Origin: Paraphysomonas bandaiensis
Taxonomy: Eukaryota; Protista; Chrysophyceae
NCBI GenBank assembly: GCA_965644295.1
Contig: CBFFRP010000395.1
Coordinates: 214,825 to 278,824 of the forward strand
DNA: 64,000 bases
Direction: 5' to 3'
Positions within the stretch are counted from its first letter, which is position 1. Each line of letters starts with the position of its first letter. Position numbers and translations under genes: made by a program. Positions 48,701-61,069 of the stretch are shown here, piece after piece. The notes below the pieces were generated by a model. The model ran no database searches and had not been told where the DNA came from. It saw nothing but the letters and a program-made list of their open reading frames with translations.

Positions 48701-49200
48701 CAGCTGCAGTGAAAAGCGAAAGAAATTTGCAAAAGAAAGGCGAAAAGAAGGTCTCGAAGCGACATCGAAAATCGAAAAACTTGCTAATGGATAATTGTAA
48801 GAAGGTTGAAGTGGACGTAGGATCACCAGGGGCTAGTTCATTTGCCAGCGGGGAGTTTTCTGATGGTACTTATATTGAAATGGATTCCCCATGTGGTGAT
48901 TCTGCCCAAAATGCGGAAATCAGTAAAAAAGTACGCGGAGATGAAAACAAGCTGCTGTCAGTGGAGTTGAGTGAAGCAAACCGTAAGAAACGTACTTATG
49001 AACACTCTTTGAAAACTACTTCCGGTAAAGAAGCTCAGGAAGCCATGTGTAAGCAAAGTAAAGTGGGAGTTGGGAAACAAGGATTTTGGCAAAAGAAATC
49101 ATATATCATGAAGAAGCGTAATAATGATAGCGAGCACGAAATGAAACTACAAGGAAGAGTAATAGAATCCCATTCTAGTTCCAGCACGTTTTTGTTGTAG
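45774..49200 (+). CDS. Cid1/Trf4-family terminal nucleotidyltransferase with an N-terminal CCCH finger and five C-terminal CCHC zinc knuckles; intron 46851-46896
   Basis: CCCH: CGKYMRTGICPYGTKCKYDH. NTase: PFGSCANLLSTSVSDMDL, RVPVLK, then E|VDMVVNN across the intron. VKRWARRRG..LSSYAWTLMVLHFL. PAP-associated CIEDPFEEHDLG. Five CX2CX4HX4C motifs at 47695-47955. Confidence 0.9.
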
Positions 49201-49791
49201 TAATATTGTGTGCGTGAAAGTACTATCGTGTGGTTATGTATGTGCTTATATATTTGTGTTAAATAAGGTGCTTTGCAACCTTCGATTTTCTCACATCGCC
49301 TCCTGAACTTGGACACATGCATACACAAGCATTGTATATCTAATCTTGAGTTATAAATATAATTTTCGAAGTGGCACATACGTTAAGCGCTGTGAGCTTA
49401 GGGTCATGGCCAACATATTCACGACGAAAAAAATATATAATAATATTTCTTAAAAGACTTCATAAGCCGCTATTAAGTTTAGCGCTACGCGGTGTAGACG
49501 TTGCAATTCATACATGAGACTTAAAAAAGAATAAGCAAGTAAGCCTACTCATGAGAATTTGTGTACTATTATATATAAGTTATAAGATACTACGAAACTA
49601 AGTCAATTAAATTGATAGAATAAGTATATGTAAAATTAACCTTTAGTGATAATCATTATGCGCCACTTGGCAATTATATCTATCTAGAAAGTTTCATGTA
49701 TCAATATTCGACATTAGGATGATTGAAAACTAATATACTGAACGTCAAAAACTTAGTAGTCAATTTGCAAAATTATAATCAATATCTCTCA

Positions 49792-50017
49792 CCTGAAGTC
49801 AGCAGATTTCAGGTATATCATCATGCTGCTTGCTCACAGTTCTTGCTTTGAGTGCTAGAGAGAAAGTGGTTGCACCTTGGTGCTTGCGGTGAAGTACAAG
49901 CGGCTTTCGAAGCGTTAAAGCGTAGGATATCAGAGCTAAGCTATAGTTAGTTAAATTGTTTTGCTATATTAGTTCTGACTCGTACACGCTTATTGCTAAT
50001 AATCAGACATTCACTAC
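49792..50017 (+). mobile_element. Dispersed repeat family R1, copy D (3' part)
   Basis: CCTGAAGTCAGCAGATT...GTGGTTGCACCTTGGTGCTTGCGGTGA...ATAATCAGACATTCACTAC. Confidence 0.88.
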
Positions 50018-50151
50018 ATCTCTCATCAGTCACTGTAATCACTACGTACATACTCTCACAATCAATATTATCATATCTTATGTATTCACGGTTTTATACA
50101 CAGTCAAATATAATTCAGTTTAGCAAGTTACTTCAAATTAACTTTAAGTTA

Positions 50152-50372
50152 ATATAGTGAGATGGTATATAGTGATGTAGAGTGAGATGGTATAGTGGTA
50201 TATAGTGAGATGGTATAGTGGTGTATAGTGGGATGGTATATAGTGAGATGGTATAGTGGTATATGGTGAGATAGCGTAGTGGTATATAGTCGAATGGTAT
50301 CTGGGTGTATAGTGAGATAATCTGGGTGTATAGTGAGAGATGGTATAGTGGTGTATAGTGAGATGGTTATAG
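50152..50372. repeat. Degenerate minisatellite based on TATAGTGAGATGGTATAGTGG
   Basis: Repeated ATAGTGAGATGG and GTATAGTGG motifs. Confidence 0.85.
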
Positions 50373-50937
50373 TTCATACTTGTGAACTGTATGTAATATA
50401 TATGTGTAGTCGGTGACTTTTATAGCTGTATAACTGAAGTAGTATGGAAGAAATTAGTAAACATATTATAAATAATACTTTTCACACTATTAATATCTTC
50501 ATAGTTACTTATTGTGCATAGTTATACCCTTTTCCAACCATTATCAAAAAGTTCACCAGGTTTTGGTATTACCTCGACTTTTGTTGAGAATAAAAGTGAC
50601 TAAACAAAAAATGCATTTTTGCTTCAATTTTTATAAACAGAATATTAAAATGCTTTCCCTATTTTTGTGCTTCATACAAAATGGCAGTCTATATGTCTTT
50701 TAAAATAATTTTTGTTTTTTAATCCCTGTGTTTTTGGTTGCTCAGGATGCCAATACTTCTATTCTAGGGAATCAATTTCATACGGCTTAAATTTATAGTG
50801 TGTGTGAAATACAAGCATATACGATGTCAAGCCAAGAGTTCAATATATATATCTGTCTTTAACAAAACGACACCTTTAAGCATCTTAATAAAGCTAGCAC
50901 GTCGGATATTTTTACAGCCACGGGATAGAGCGGAAAT

Positions 50938-51627
50938 CAAGGTTCGGGAACAATATATTGCAATTCAATATATTGTACAATATATATATTGATTGGTGGA
51001 CCAGCCAAATACTCATCAATATTGTTTCTGTTAAAGTAGCTTACAACAATATATTTCAATCAATAATATGATTCTTAACTGTAGGGTGCAAAATATGTGC
51101 CCAGGTATACAAATATAAGTTCATGTTCTGACAGTGATTGCAACAATACAAAGGGTGATGAAGCTGATGTTGGCTCTCTGCGAAAACAAAATTTAGGTCA
51201 GTTCAAAAAATTAAATAACGAAAGTTGAAATATCTAAGTACAGGCGCATGAGTCATGTTGTATGTACTTCCAATGCATATGAACACCTGTTCAGTGTAAC
51301 GAAACTTATTTTATTAGAGTCGCGCAAAAGTATTCATTCTACTACACTTTTACTATCCATGATTTTGTTTAAGCATATTGACAGCTGTGGCCCGATGCAT
51401 GATGAGTATGATGATGCTGGCTCAGAGGATGAGGAAAAAAGTCGTGATTAGCTAAGCAGTAGCTAGCGAAATGGGCTTGGTTATCATGTGTGAAAATGGA
51501 ATATACTTATGTGTTTACTTGCCCTGAGCAATACTTTTAGTATTGTTCGGCCAGTTCAAAGCCTCCATCAGTAGTATAGATAGAACGCTGTCTATGAATA
51601 GTGTTGCAATATATTGTTCGAACCCTG
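50938..51627 (+). mobile_element. Non-autonomous hAT element (internally deleted) with TIRs and an 8-bp TSD
   Basis: Left TIR CAAGGTTCGGGAACAATATATTGCAA; right TIR TTGCAATATATTGTTCGAACCCTG. Flanks GCGGAAAT and GCGGAATT match at 7 of 8. Internal hATC remnant TSNAYEHLFSVTKLILLESRKSI. Confidence 0.87.
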
Positions 51628-52030
51628 GCGGAATTATTTCGTGATAAATGCTAGCACTTAAATTTAATACTACAGTATTGAACAAAATACAAATTTAATC
51701 CCTGAGAAAACTAAAATATTATAGCATATATATATGTCATGCAGGTATATAAGTATGAATTGACTACAGGCTGTGGACATCCGGCTGTGCCAAACGGAGA
51801 CAACGTTGTATACAGTTCTCCATAATATGTAAATGGTCCTGATGCAATTGTCTCAAAAGGACTTCAAATAAAACTCATCAACTGCATTTTTATGTGAAAA
51901 ACATCTTAAATAATATATGTAGGCTACATATCCCACACAGCAGAATACTTAAAATACATTTCATTCTATTCTGATTGCGTATATCACAGTCTACAGTTGA
52001 CAAGGGGTTCGATAACAACATTTAATTGCA

Positions 52031-55000
52031 TTACGCCGCTAACTTCCCTTTCACAGCACTGAGAAATTTCTGAAATGTTGCAGCATCTCGATCATGCGGC
52101 GTTTCAGCCAGGAAGCGAGAAATAGAGAACACTGACTGTCGCCGCACAAATTCCAAATGAGAACTGCTTAATATCCTATCCTCAAAGGTTTCTGAAACCA
52201 GCTGAAAATATGTCAACAAGAATTCTACTATACTGTACTGTCTGTTACCTTGGACACACTATCCCCACTTAATTCTGTCACCAGTTTCTCACGGTGCTCC
52301 ATTCCAACTGTCAACACACCTTCCAAACGCATGTAGGCAAGCGCGGCATTCTTGAAAAGATCTCTCAGGGGCGAAGATAGGGGTATGTGCAGATAGGGAC
52401 TTTTGTATAGCCCAACTTCTTGGGAGATGAATTCAATCGAGTCTATGGTGTCACTCAAAAGCATTGCAGCAATATCCAATCGGTCAATAACTAAACAGAG
52501 GTCTCCATAGCTTTTCACGCTCTGACAAATGGCAATGTTTATAAGTTATTAAATGTTGGACATTAAAGTACCTTCTGCATTTCAATTGCGAGTGATAAAA
52601 TATTCAACCCTGTTACATAAGCAAACAATTTACTTTACTTCTCTACATCGAGCCATGAAAAACAAATCATACCTAATTGGTTATGCGCATCGTGGTAGGT
52701 AGATACAACTGCATGTTCCCAGGTTCCGGGTGGAAACAACTCCATGAATGGCAACTCTTTTCCAGGTGTGGACAACTTCCTCCGCCAAACCGCACCATCT
52801 GCATCGCTACCGGGCTCTCTGTGTCGATTAAACATAGGAAAAGCCTCCTGCAGATATTTCAGCTGCTGCAAACTGTACCACGGGTTAGTATTACGAAATA
52901 TCAGGAAGCATGATTGCCAACCCTTTCTGATGCAAGTTTATTAAGTCATTCGTGTCACCTTTTCTCCTGACCTATGCACGTGGTATGATGAATTATACGA
53001 AGCGGTGTTAAATATATCACACACACCATATAAACAAGACCCCATGGTACAAGTGTATAATTACCCCAAACACCACCTGCCCCAATATCTATATCGTTAA
53101 CGGCCTACAACAACACAAAATCAATTCCTAAGAAGCCCAGCATAGAGAAATTATCATAGAAATCAACCTGCATGTCCAAAAATATTGGTCGTTCGTCCCC
53201 ATTATAAGGACTTCGATTCGTTTTGACAAAATTAGCATCTATCAGGCGGTGGACAAGGAGAGCGTTCTCTTTAGATGTCCTGGCCGTCGTAACCTATCAA
53301 TAAACCAAAATTTTACACGTACGGTACTGAAATAAATAGTAAGTTCCATACCCCCTTGAACATTGCGGGGAACACGACATCTTTATACAACGGACCCTGT
53401 TGAATTCAACCCATTGTAAGTCACAACAACCACATTGTGCATGCTAGCTACCTGCTGCTTTTGAAACCAGGGGTATGGCATTAGTTGAAAGTTTAAATGC
53501 GTGGTATGTGACCCGATGGAGTCAACTCCATCAGGAGAATAGTTCAATCCCTCGCAGACTTGCAGATAGCGCACAGTGTTCCAGTTCAAATCTAAAAGAA
53601 CAAGCATATAATTACACGTTGTAGTTTATGGAGTACGTTGTGGAGGATTACCAGTGTGCGATAGTAATAAAGACCCAGGTGCTGCCGTGGAGTTCAGAAT
53701 GTACTCTCCATACTTATGCATAATCCATCCGTGCGAACTCTTGTCCATAATATCGAACCTAATAATGGGCTAATACCGAAACCGATAAATTATAAAAAAT
53801 GAATTACCTATCGTGCAACAAAGCCATCCATCCCAGCCCTACACAAAGCAATTCCAGTCCTGACCCTAAGATAGAGCTGATGCTACTCTCAGCTTCACTT
53901 TGGGACGACGAATCTTCACATTGTGGTCGTTGTTCGGAATTTTCATTTTTATTCTCTACTGGCTTGCTATTAACAAGTGATACTTTCTCTGCTTTCTTCT
54001 CATCAGGAACGTCAATCGTTTTTGTTTTATTCAATTCCTTAATACTAACAGTTTTTGACGGGGTATACGTGGACGACAACATATAACTCACGAATGTCAT
54101 GACAGCAGACACTCCTGTCCCTGAACGTAACACAAGACACATCCATATTTCAGCAAACTTATAAAAGATGATAGGACAAAGTCTTCACCTGTGAAGATAC
54201 AAACGAATATATTCGGCTGCATCCAAAACCTAATCGAGTGTGAGTTACCAAGTCATTGGATTGACATAACTAAATATGTGAACCTTGCATGAACGCCATA
54301 TGGCATTGGAGAGGAGAGCGGTATATTAGAAAGTACGCAATGCCAAAGTACCACATACGTCACCCAGCTTATTGCTAGGCACATAACTTCCCAAGCTGGG
54401 CCGGATACTGGTACAGGAACAGAGGGCTGCGATACTAGAGAGCAGTACATCAAAACACCATTAATAGAGAGGGATAGAAAATAAAAAAGTACCGTTTTCT
54501 TGATCTTTTCCTTGCTTGATCCGATTCTTCTTTCCCCGCGTACCACTGTCGCCACCAGTACTCCCTTTGCATTGTTCAGAGGGCATCTTGCTACTAGTTA
54601 ATTTTTTGCCACTCTGACCGAATTTCGTAAGAATAATTTTCTGCTCAGTCATTTCCATACGCCGCAGCGAAAGCTGCCAAACATACATCAGTCCAATCAA
54701 TGCAAGTGGAAGACCGACATAGTAGCCCTCATTGAAAGTATGAATGATGTAGAGGCCAATGCGTTCAAGGGCTGACTCCGAACCCACCGTCATGCCTTCG
54801 TATAATACCAAATCAGAATTCGACATGCAATACATAACCACTAACCCAACTTAAATGTCCCATACTCTGCGCGTAGCATATGTCTAAGCAGTCCATATAT
54901 ATTCGAGGTGTCTCCCCATGAACCAGGTTTCGGCCGGAGGCTCGAGAAAAAGAGGTAGACATATGACCCGAATCCAACAGCGAAAGCACTTGCAATGAGC

Positions 55001-55677
55001 CCCAGATATAATAAAGACATATGGTACTTAGTAGTGCGCAATAGCACAGCGGGGACGACGACAATGAGCAAAAGGGTGGAGGCGTGTTGGTTAGCAAGCG
55101 ACACACCACACAAGAAAGCACCAAGGACAACATAGCAATGGATACGGGTGAGCCCCGAAGACGAACGGGCATTCACATCAGAATCAGAAGCATATTGGAA
55201 AACTACAACAGTCAAGGCAACTATAGCTGCACATAGCATATTATTCAGTGCAAATACTTCAGCCCCAATCGCATGTTCCCAAACAAGTGGACTGAATGCA
55301 AAAAGCATTCCAGCTATGCATGATGGTGCAAAAGCAACAACCTTATAACGAGATAAGAGCCTGTAGCAGGTATAAGATACAAGAGTAGCTGCAATAGCAC
55401 CAAATATACAGCATAAATGATTAACTCTCCATGCAACAGTAGTCTCTGTATCAATATGTATTTGTAGAGTATCTGTTAAGAATATTCTAGGAAAATTCAT
55501 CTTCCCAACAAGATGTGATATGAGTGTAAATAGAGGATACCCTGGCGGATGAACAGTACCTAAATGACATGATTCAGCTAGTAGTTCCCCACTATCACCT
55601 CCAGATACAGATGGGAACAGTGTGATGTGATAAGTTAGATATACAGATATAAAAACGAGAAGTAATAAGGATATCAT
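52031..55677 (-). CDS. TMEM260: TMEM260/DUF2723 protein O-mannosyltransferase-like membrane protein (many exons)
   Basis: PSVSGGDSGELLAESCHLGTVHPPGYPLF, AEVFALNN, SWGDT...HMLRAEYGTFKL, GVHARF and FPPGTWE. Confidence 0.88.
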
Positions 55678-55778
55678 GAGTTGAATGATAAGAGGAGTAT
55701 GAGGGGGGTTGATTAGAGGAGATGGAGTGAAGCTATGGAGATGTGGATATATTCTGAAACAAGTTCCATATCAAACAC

Positions 55779-56503
55779 GTATGTATGTATGTATGTATGT
55801 ATGTATGTATGTATGTATGTATGTATGTATGTATGTATGTATGTATGTATGTATGTATGTATGTATGTATGTATGTATGTATGTATGTATGTATGTATGT
55901 ATGTATGTATGTATGTATGTATGTATGTATGTATGTATGTATGTATGCATGTATGTATGTATGTATGTATGTATGTATGTATGTATGTATGTATGTATGT
56001 ATGTATGTATGTATGTATGTATGTATGTATGTATGTATGTATGTATGTATGCATGTATGTATGTATGTATGTATGTATGTATGTATGTATGTATGTATGT
56101 ATGTATGTATGTATGTATGTATGTATGTATGTATGTATGTATGTATGTATGTATGTATGTATGTATGTATGTATGTATGTATGTATGTATGCATGTATGT
56201 ATGTATGTATGTATGTATGTATGTATGTATGTATGTATGTATGTATGTATGTATGTATGTATGTATGTATGTATGTATGTATGCATGTATGTATGTATGT
56301 ATGTATGTATGTATGTATGTATGTATGTATGTATGTATGTATGTAGGTAGGTATGTATGTATGTATGTATGTATGTATGTATGTATGTATGTATGTATGT
56401 ATGTATGTATGTATGCATGTATGTATGTATGTATGTATGTATGTATGTATGTATGTATGTATGTATGTATGTATGTATGTATGTATGTATGTATGTATGT
56501 ATG
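55779..56503. repeat. (TATG)n microsatellite, about 720 bp, between two divergent genes
   Basis: Directly visible, with occasional CATG and TAGG variants. Confidence 0.99.
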
Positions 56504-56741
56504 TTGGTACAATGATAATAGTGTTGCAGTACAATCCGAGCCCAACTATTCTATTGGGATTGTGTGATGTGTCCATCTTCCAACATCCCTATCATACACC
56601 TCACCTATTCACACTTCACATAACTACATAACACCTGTTGAGAGATTGTATTGGGGTATCACAACACACTCCCTGACAGGTCAGAGGGGCCTACTAACAT
56701 CGTCTTATAGTGGCTTAGTGCCCATAGAGGCTTATACAGAG

Positions 56742-57824
56742 ATGTCAATATCAGATAGTGACTATCTGTGTTTTATATCAATAGCCAGTCTATTTGGTGG
56801 TATAGTTCTTCGTTCAATTGAGCACACATTGTTACATATGGCTGCAGAAGAAGATCAGCTTATCAGTATGTGTCAATCAGGTATAGAAATAGATTTACGA
56901 ACTGTACGTACCGTACCGACACAGCGGATTGCCTCAGATAATATTGTGTGTGTACGTGGGAAGATATATTCAGAAGATACTCCACTTCGTAGTTTTAATG
57001 ACAGAGAATGTGTAGTGATTGAGACTCTTACATGTGAAAGAGATGGTAATGCGTATCTTATCAACAATGCAGAGTTGTCTATGGTCCCATGGTGTCTGGC
57101 TAGCCATGACACTCGGGGAATGAAACCAGGATCTGCTGTGGCTATCGATATCGAGACTTGTAAGGAGTCACTTACTCAATCACATTATTGCACAGCTGCT
57201 GATACACGTCAATCACACCCAATTCACGCCTACTTTCGATATCCCACCAATGGAGGGTTTGTTAACGGCGGTGAGCAGAATATAGAGCGATCGTGGTGGG
57301 ATTTTTTCTTTGCTGGGCGTCAAAAAACTATCTTACAACGCATTCTTCCTTGCCTTTCTAGCTGTTCTGTCATAGGCCGATTAATTGTAGATTCCGATGG
57401 GAAGTACACTCTAACAGCACACCCTAGCGTAGGCATGGTAATGTTTGCGGATATATCCTTCAAAGCTGTTGCTTCAGCGCGAGAGCATATACCGAAGTCT
57501 CTTCGAATGGATGCGGACCTTGTTCACGCTGCAGCTAAGATATTCGTTACCGTGGGTCTTATAGGAGGTGCAGGTCAAATTATATTTCGTTGTCTACGAT
57601 CCGATTATTCCCCTTTTTTGTCGCCGTCAAGCTCAAGTAATGATGTCCCAGGCGTCGGGGATTCAGACCATGACAACTGCGTTGTATGTCTTGATGCTTC
57701 AAAGAAGGTGTTGCTGATGCCCTGTAGACACTTGTGTCTGTGTATTTCCTGTGCACCTCACGTTAGTAGTTGTCCAATCTGCAGAGCAGAAATCGTATCG
57801 AAGGAAAGAGTGTATACGGCATAG
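56742..57824 (+). CDS. MUL1/SP1-like membrane-anchored RING E3 ligase (TM - GIDE-like region - TM - C3HC4 RING)
   Basis: CVVCLDASKKVLLMPCRHLCLCISCAPHVSSCPICR at the C-terminus, with two hydrophobic segments flanking a beta-rich region. Confidence 0.75.
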   Translation: MSISDSDYLCFISIASLFGGIVLRSIEHTLLHMAAEEDQLISMCQSGIEIDLRTVRTVPTQRIASDNIVCVRGKIYSEDTPLRSFNDRECVVIETLTCERDGNAYLINNAELSMVPWCLASHDTRGMKPGSAVAIDIETCKESLTQSHYCTAADTRQSHPIHAYFRYPTNGGFVNGGEQNIERSWWDFFFAGRQKTILQRILPCLSSCSVIGRLIVDSDGKYTLTAHPSVGMVMFADISFKAVASAREHIPKSLRMDADLVHAAAKIFVTVGLIGGAGQIIFRCLRSDYSPFLSPSSSSNDVPGVGDSDHDNCVVCLDASKKVLLMPCRHLCLCISCAPHVSSCPICRAEIVSKERVYTA

Positions 57825-58293
57825 ATTTTGATCAATTGTTTACTCTCTTCTTGCAAAAATTAGTCAGTTTTTACTTTGAAAGTAAAAAGATTACTGTTTG
57901 TAGCAGGCGTTGTTCACCTATGTGGCTGTTATACATTTTGTTTTCTTTTGTGAATGTTAAATTAACCAGTATGATGTTGTCGTTTATATTAAGTCTTGCT
58001 TGCATGAAGTGATTTGTACTATTGAAGAGGTTTAATGCACAGCCTTCTATTCCAGCTGATGTATTGGAAACGCACTCATTACACATCGTGGAGGTTACTT
58101 TCATCATATATATGTATACGTGAGTATGGGTATTGTACCCTGCGATAGTAATTAGTAAGCATACTTCACTTCATTCTTTTTTATTTCTTGTTTATGATCG
58201 TTAGAGCATCACTGTGTGAGGTGTGAGAGACTGGAGCACTGCTATTTCATGAATTATAACCGGTAGCAGACTGAACAATAACTCAATAACTAG

Positions 58294-58826
58294 CAGGGCT
58301 GGAACACAATTATTTGTCAAGTATTGGCATTGCAATAATTAGAATAGCGACAACAAAATCATAAATGCAATTATAAATATATAAAAAATTCTTTAATTGG
58401 TTGTTAATTATTGCAATGAATTGGAATATTTTTAATACCATCAATTGGAGTGCATATATTAGTTACAATTAGGATCATAAGCGGTATAAACTACACGCAG
58501 CTCGTTAAATAATGTCAACTATGGAACCTATAGCTATAGGACCACTAAAATGAAAGATTATTCAGTAGAGCAAAGAGGTTGTTATGACTGTTTTACGCAA
58601 GAGTATAAATCATCCTCGGTATTTAGAGATATTTATGCACTTATGCATGAATTATTGACTTTGGAATGAAATGATATTTGAGCCAGCTATGTTGGCAGCT
58701 AATGTATAGCTATATACGTACTTAGTTTCGTATTAATTAGCAACAAGTAATAGTATTGCAATATTGCAATTATAAGTGACTACAACCTGCGGCAATTAAT
58801 TTACACTTAATTGTTACGCAGGCTTG
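58294..58826 (+). mobile_element. Degenerate non-autonomous hAT-like element
   Basis: CAGGGCTG left end. The right end (58740-58826) resembles the reverse complement of 43299-43375. Flanks ATAACTAG and TTGGCTAG match at 5 of 8. Confidence 0.6.
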
Positions 58827-58890
58827 TTGGCTAGAGACTATACATTATACAATATCATTAGTTGTACTTGTAATTGCATGCATATCCCTG

Positions 58891-59533
58891 CCCTCAACAA
58901 AGTCGGACTCACACCTTTGCGGAGATACTTCTCCGGGAAACTAACATGGGTCGCATATATAATCAGCAGATAACTTTCTGCCTACTCATAGCCAAATGCT
59001 TGTGTCGTACAAGGGACACAAATAAGTGTCAATTGTGTAGACATCTGTGGGCCTTGACGAATAGACAGGCATTCGGGAATGGACCCATCCCAAGGGCATC
59101 CAGGGTATTGGACTGCCTGCTGAAGTCAAGCATCCAAACTATTACCTTAAGGACAGAGAGCGAAAGTGGTTACAGCTTGGTGCTTGCGGTGACGCGGTGA
59201 CACACAAGCAGCTTTCGTAGCGTCAAATAGTTGGATATCAGAGTTAAGCACTAGTTAGTTAAATTATTTAGTACATTAGTTCTGAGTTCTGACTCTTGGA
59301 AGTGGTCGCACCTTGGTGCTTGCAGCGATGCACAAGCAGCTTCTGTAGCGCAAAATATTAGAATAATAGAGTTTGTACTGATTAGTTATGGGTAGAGGTC
59401 TAAGTAGTTTGTCTAGCATTCAACTAGCCACTACATTGGTGTAGATTTTTAACGCCTATTGCTAAATAATAAGACTTTCAATATATAGTTCTGACTCTAA
59501 CACGCCTGCTGCTAAAAATCAGGCATTTACTAC
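58891..59533 (+). mobile_element. Dispersed repeat family R1, copy E (longest; 3' part internally duplicated)
   Basis: CCCTCAACAAAGTCGGACTC ... AAATCAGGCATTTACTAC. The segment GTGGT..C.CCTTGGTGCTTGC occurs twice. Confidence 0.9.
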
Positions 59534-60045
59534 TGCATATTGATGCCATGATGAAATTGACGACCCATACTTTCATACTTTGTATAATATATATTAAAAT
59601 CCTTTCGTATATGTAGTTGATTACTGATTACTATAAATTATAAATGTTATTGTGCAATATATTGGGAGCTGGCTTAACAATATTGGTTGTATCACAATAT
59701 ACTGTACCTAACCCCTAACCTCGCATGGTATTTTAAGTTTATTAACAACTATTGACTATTGAAGCATTCCACTACAGCAGCACATAACGCCACTGGAGGT
59801 AATGATAATTCGCCGATAACTATAAGAATGTGACTTTGTTCGAATTATTAAGTAAACAATGCAATGGCAGAAATACAATACCTCCATCACATTTGTTTGA
59901 TATACTACTCTTGATATATTTGCAGAATCATATACATATATGTGAGACTCTTACATCAATGCGCGTCCCTGACGTCACACATCCACACCTTACAGAAATG
60001 GGATTGAGCCTAGCCAGATACTACTGTGACAATTTACCAGGAGAT

Positions 60046-61069
60046 TTAATTCATACCATCCAGATAAGGATGTTTGAGCGCGTCGTGTGCTGACAGACGA
60101 TGGCGAGGGTCCATCGCAAGCAATCTCTCAATCATGTCGATTCCTTCATAGGAGAATCCAGGAACAAACTTGTTGATATTAAGCGCCGGCCACACAGGGA
60201 AACTTTCATTCCAGTCCTGCAGGGACGTTACTCCAGGCCAGGATTGTTCATTGGGTGTTCCAAGCATACGGAATATCTTGTATAACTCGTCGATCTCCGA
60301 GTCCCCTGGGAATAGAGGGCGTTTCGTTACCATCTCAGCCATGATGCAACCAACAGCCCACATATCCATAGGCAGAGCATATGTCTTGCTCCCGAGAAGA
60401 ATTTCAGGGGGGCGGTACCACAAGGTGACCACCTCATGAGTAAAAGGGCGAATGGGAGGAACGAAAGCGCGAGCCAAACCGAAATCTGCTAGCTTCAGCC
60501 TTCCATCTCTGGACACAAGAATGTTTTGTGGCTTCAGATCACTAATATAAATGTTAATTCAAGCAACGTTGACCAACAATGGCGTACCGGTGCATAACTG
60601 CTCTTGTGTGGCAAAACTCAAGACCGCGCAAGAGTTGCATAGTATACGACTGCACGAACACAAGTCACAGAAAGATAATAAACGATACAATATTAAACCT
60701 TAATTAGCTCAGGGTCTAGAGGACCGCTCACAGCTTCCATATACTTTTTCAGATCCTTGTCAACGAATTCAAAGACAAGATATAATCTGCCGTCACTGTG
60801 GATGACATCATTGAGCCTGTGTATACCGTTAGTGCGATATAATCCATACATTATATAACTCACTCTACAATGTTGGGGTGACGCAGTTGCCGAAGAGTGG
60901 ATATCTCCCTCAGAGTTGTGCTTGGAATCCCATCATCCTCAGTTTCCAAACGAATTTTTTTCATTGCAACGAATTGGTCAGTCTGTCTGTCACGGGCTTT
61001 ATACACGACACCATAAGTTCCCTCTCCACAGTTGCTTCCATTCTTCTCAAGTTTGACGTAGCGATCCAT
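60046..61069 (-). CDS. Cyclin-dependent kinase of the CDK1/cdc2 family with a PSTTLRE cyclin-binding helix (4 exons)
   Basis: [30 protein letters not shown] across an intron, [19 protein letters not shown] and GDSEID. Confidence 0.93.
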
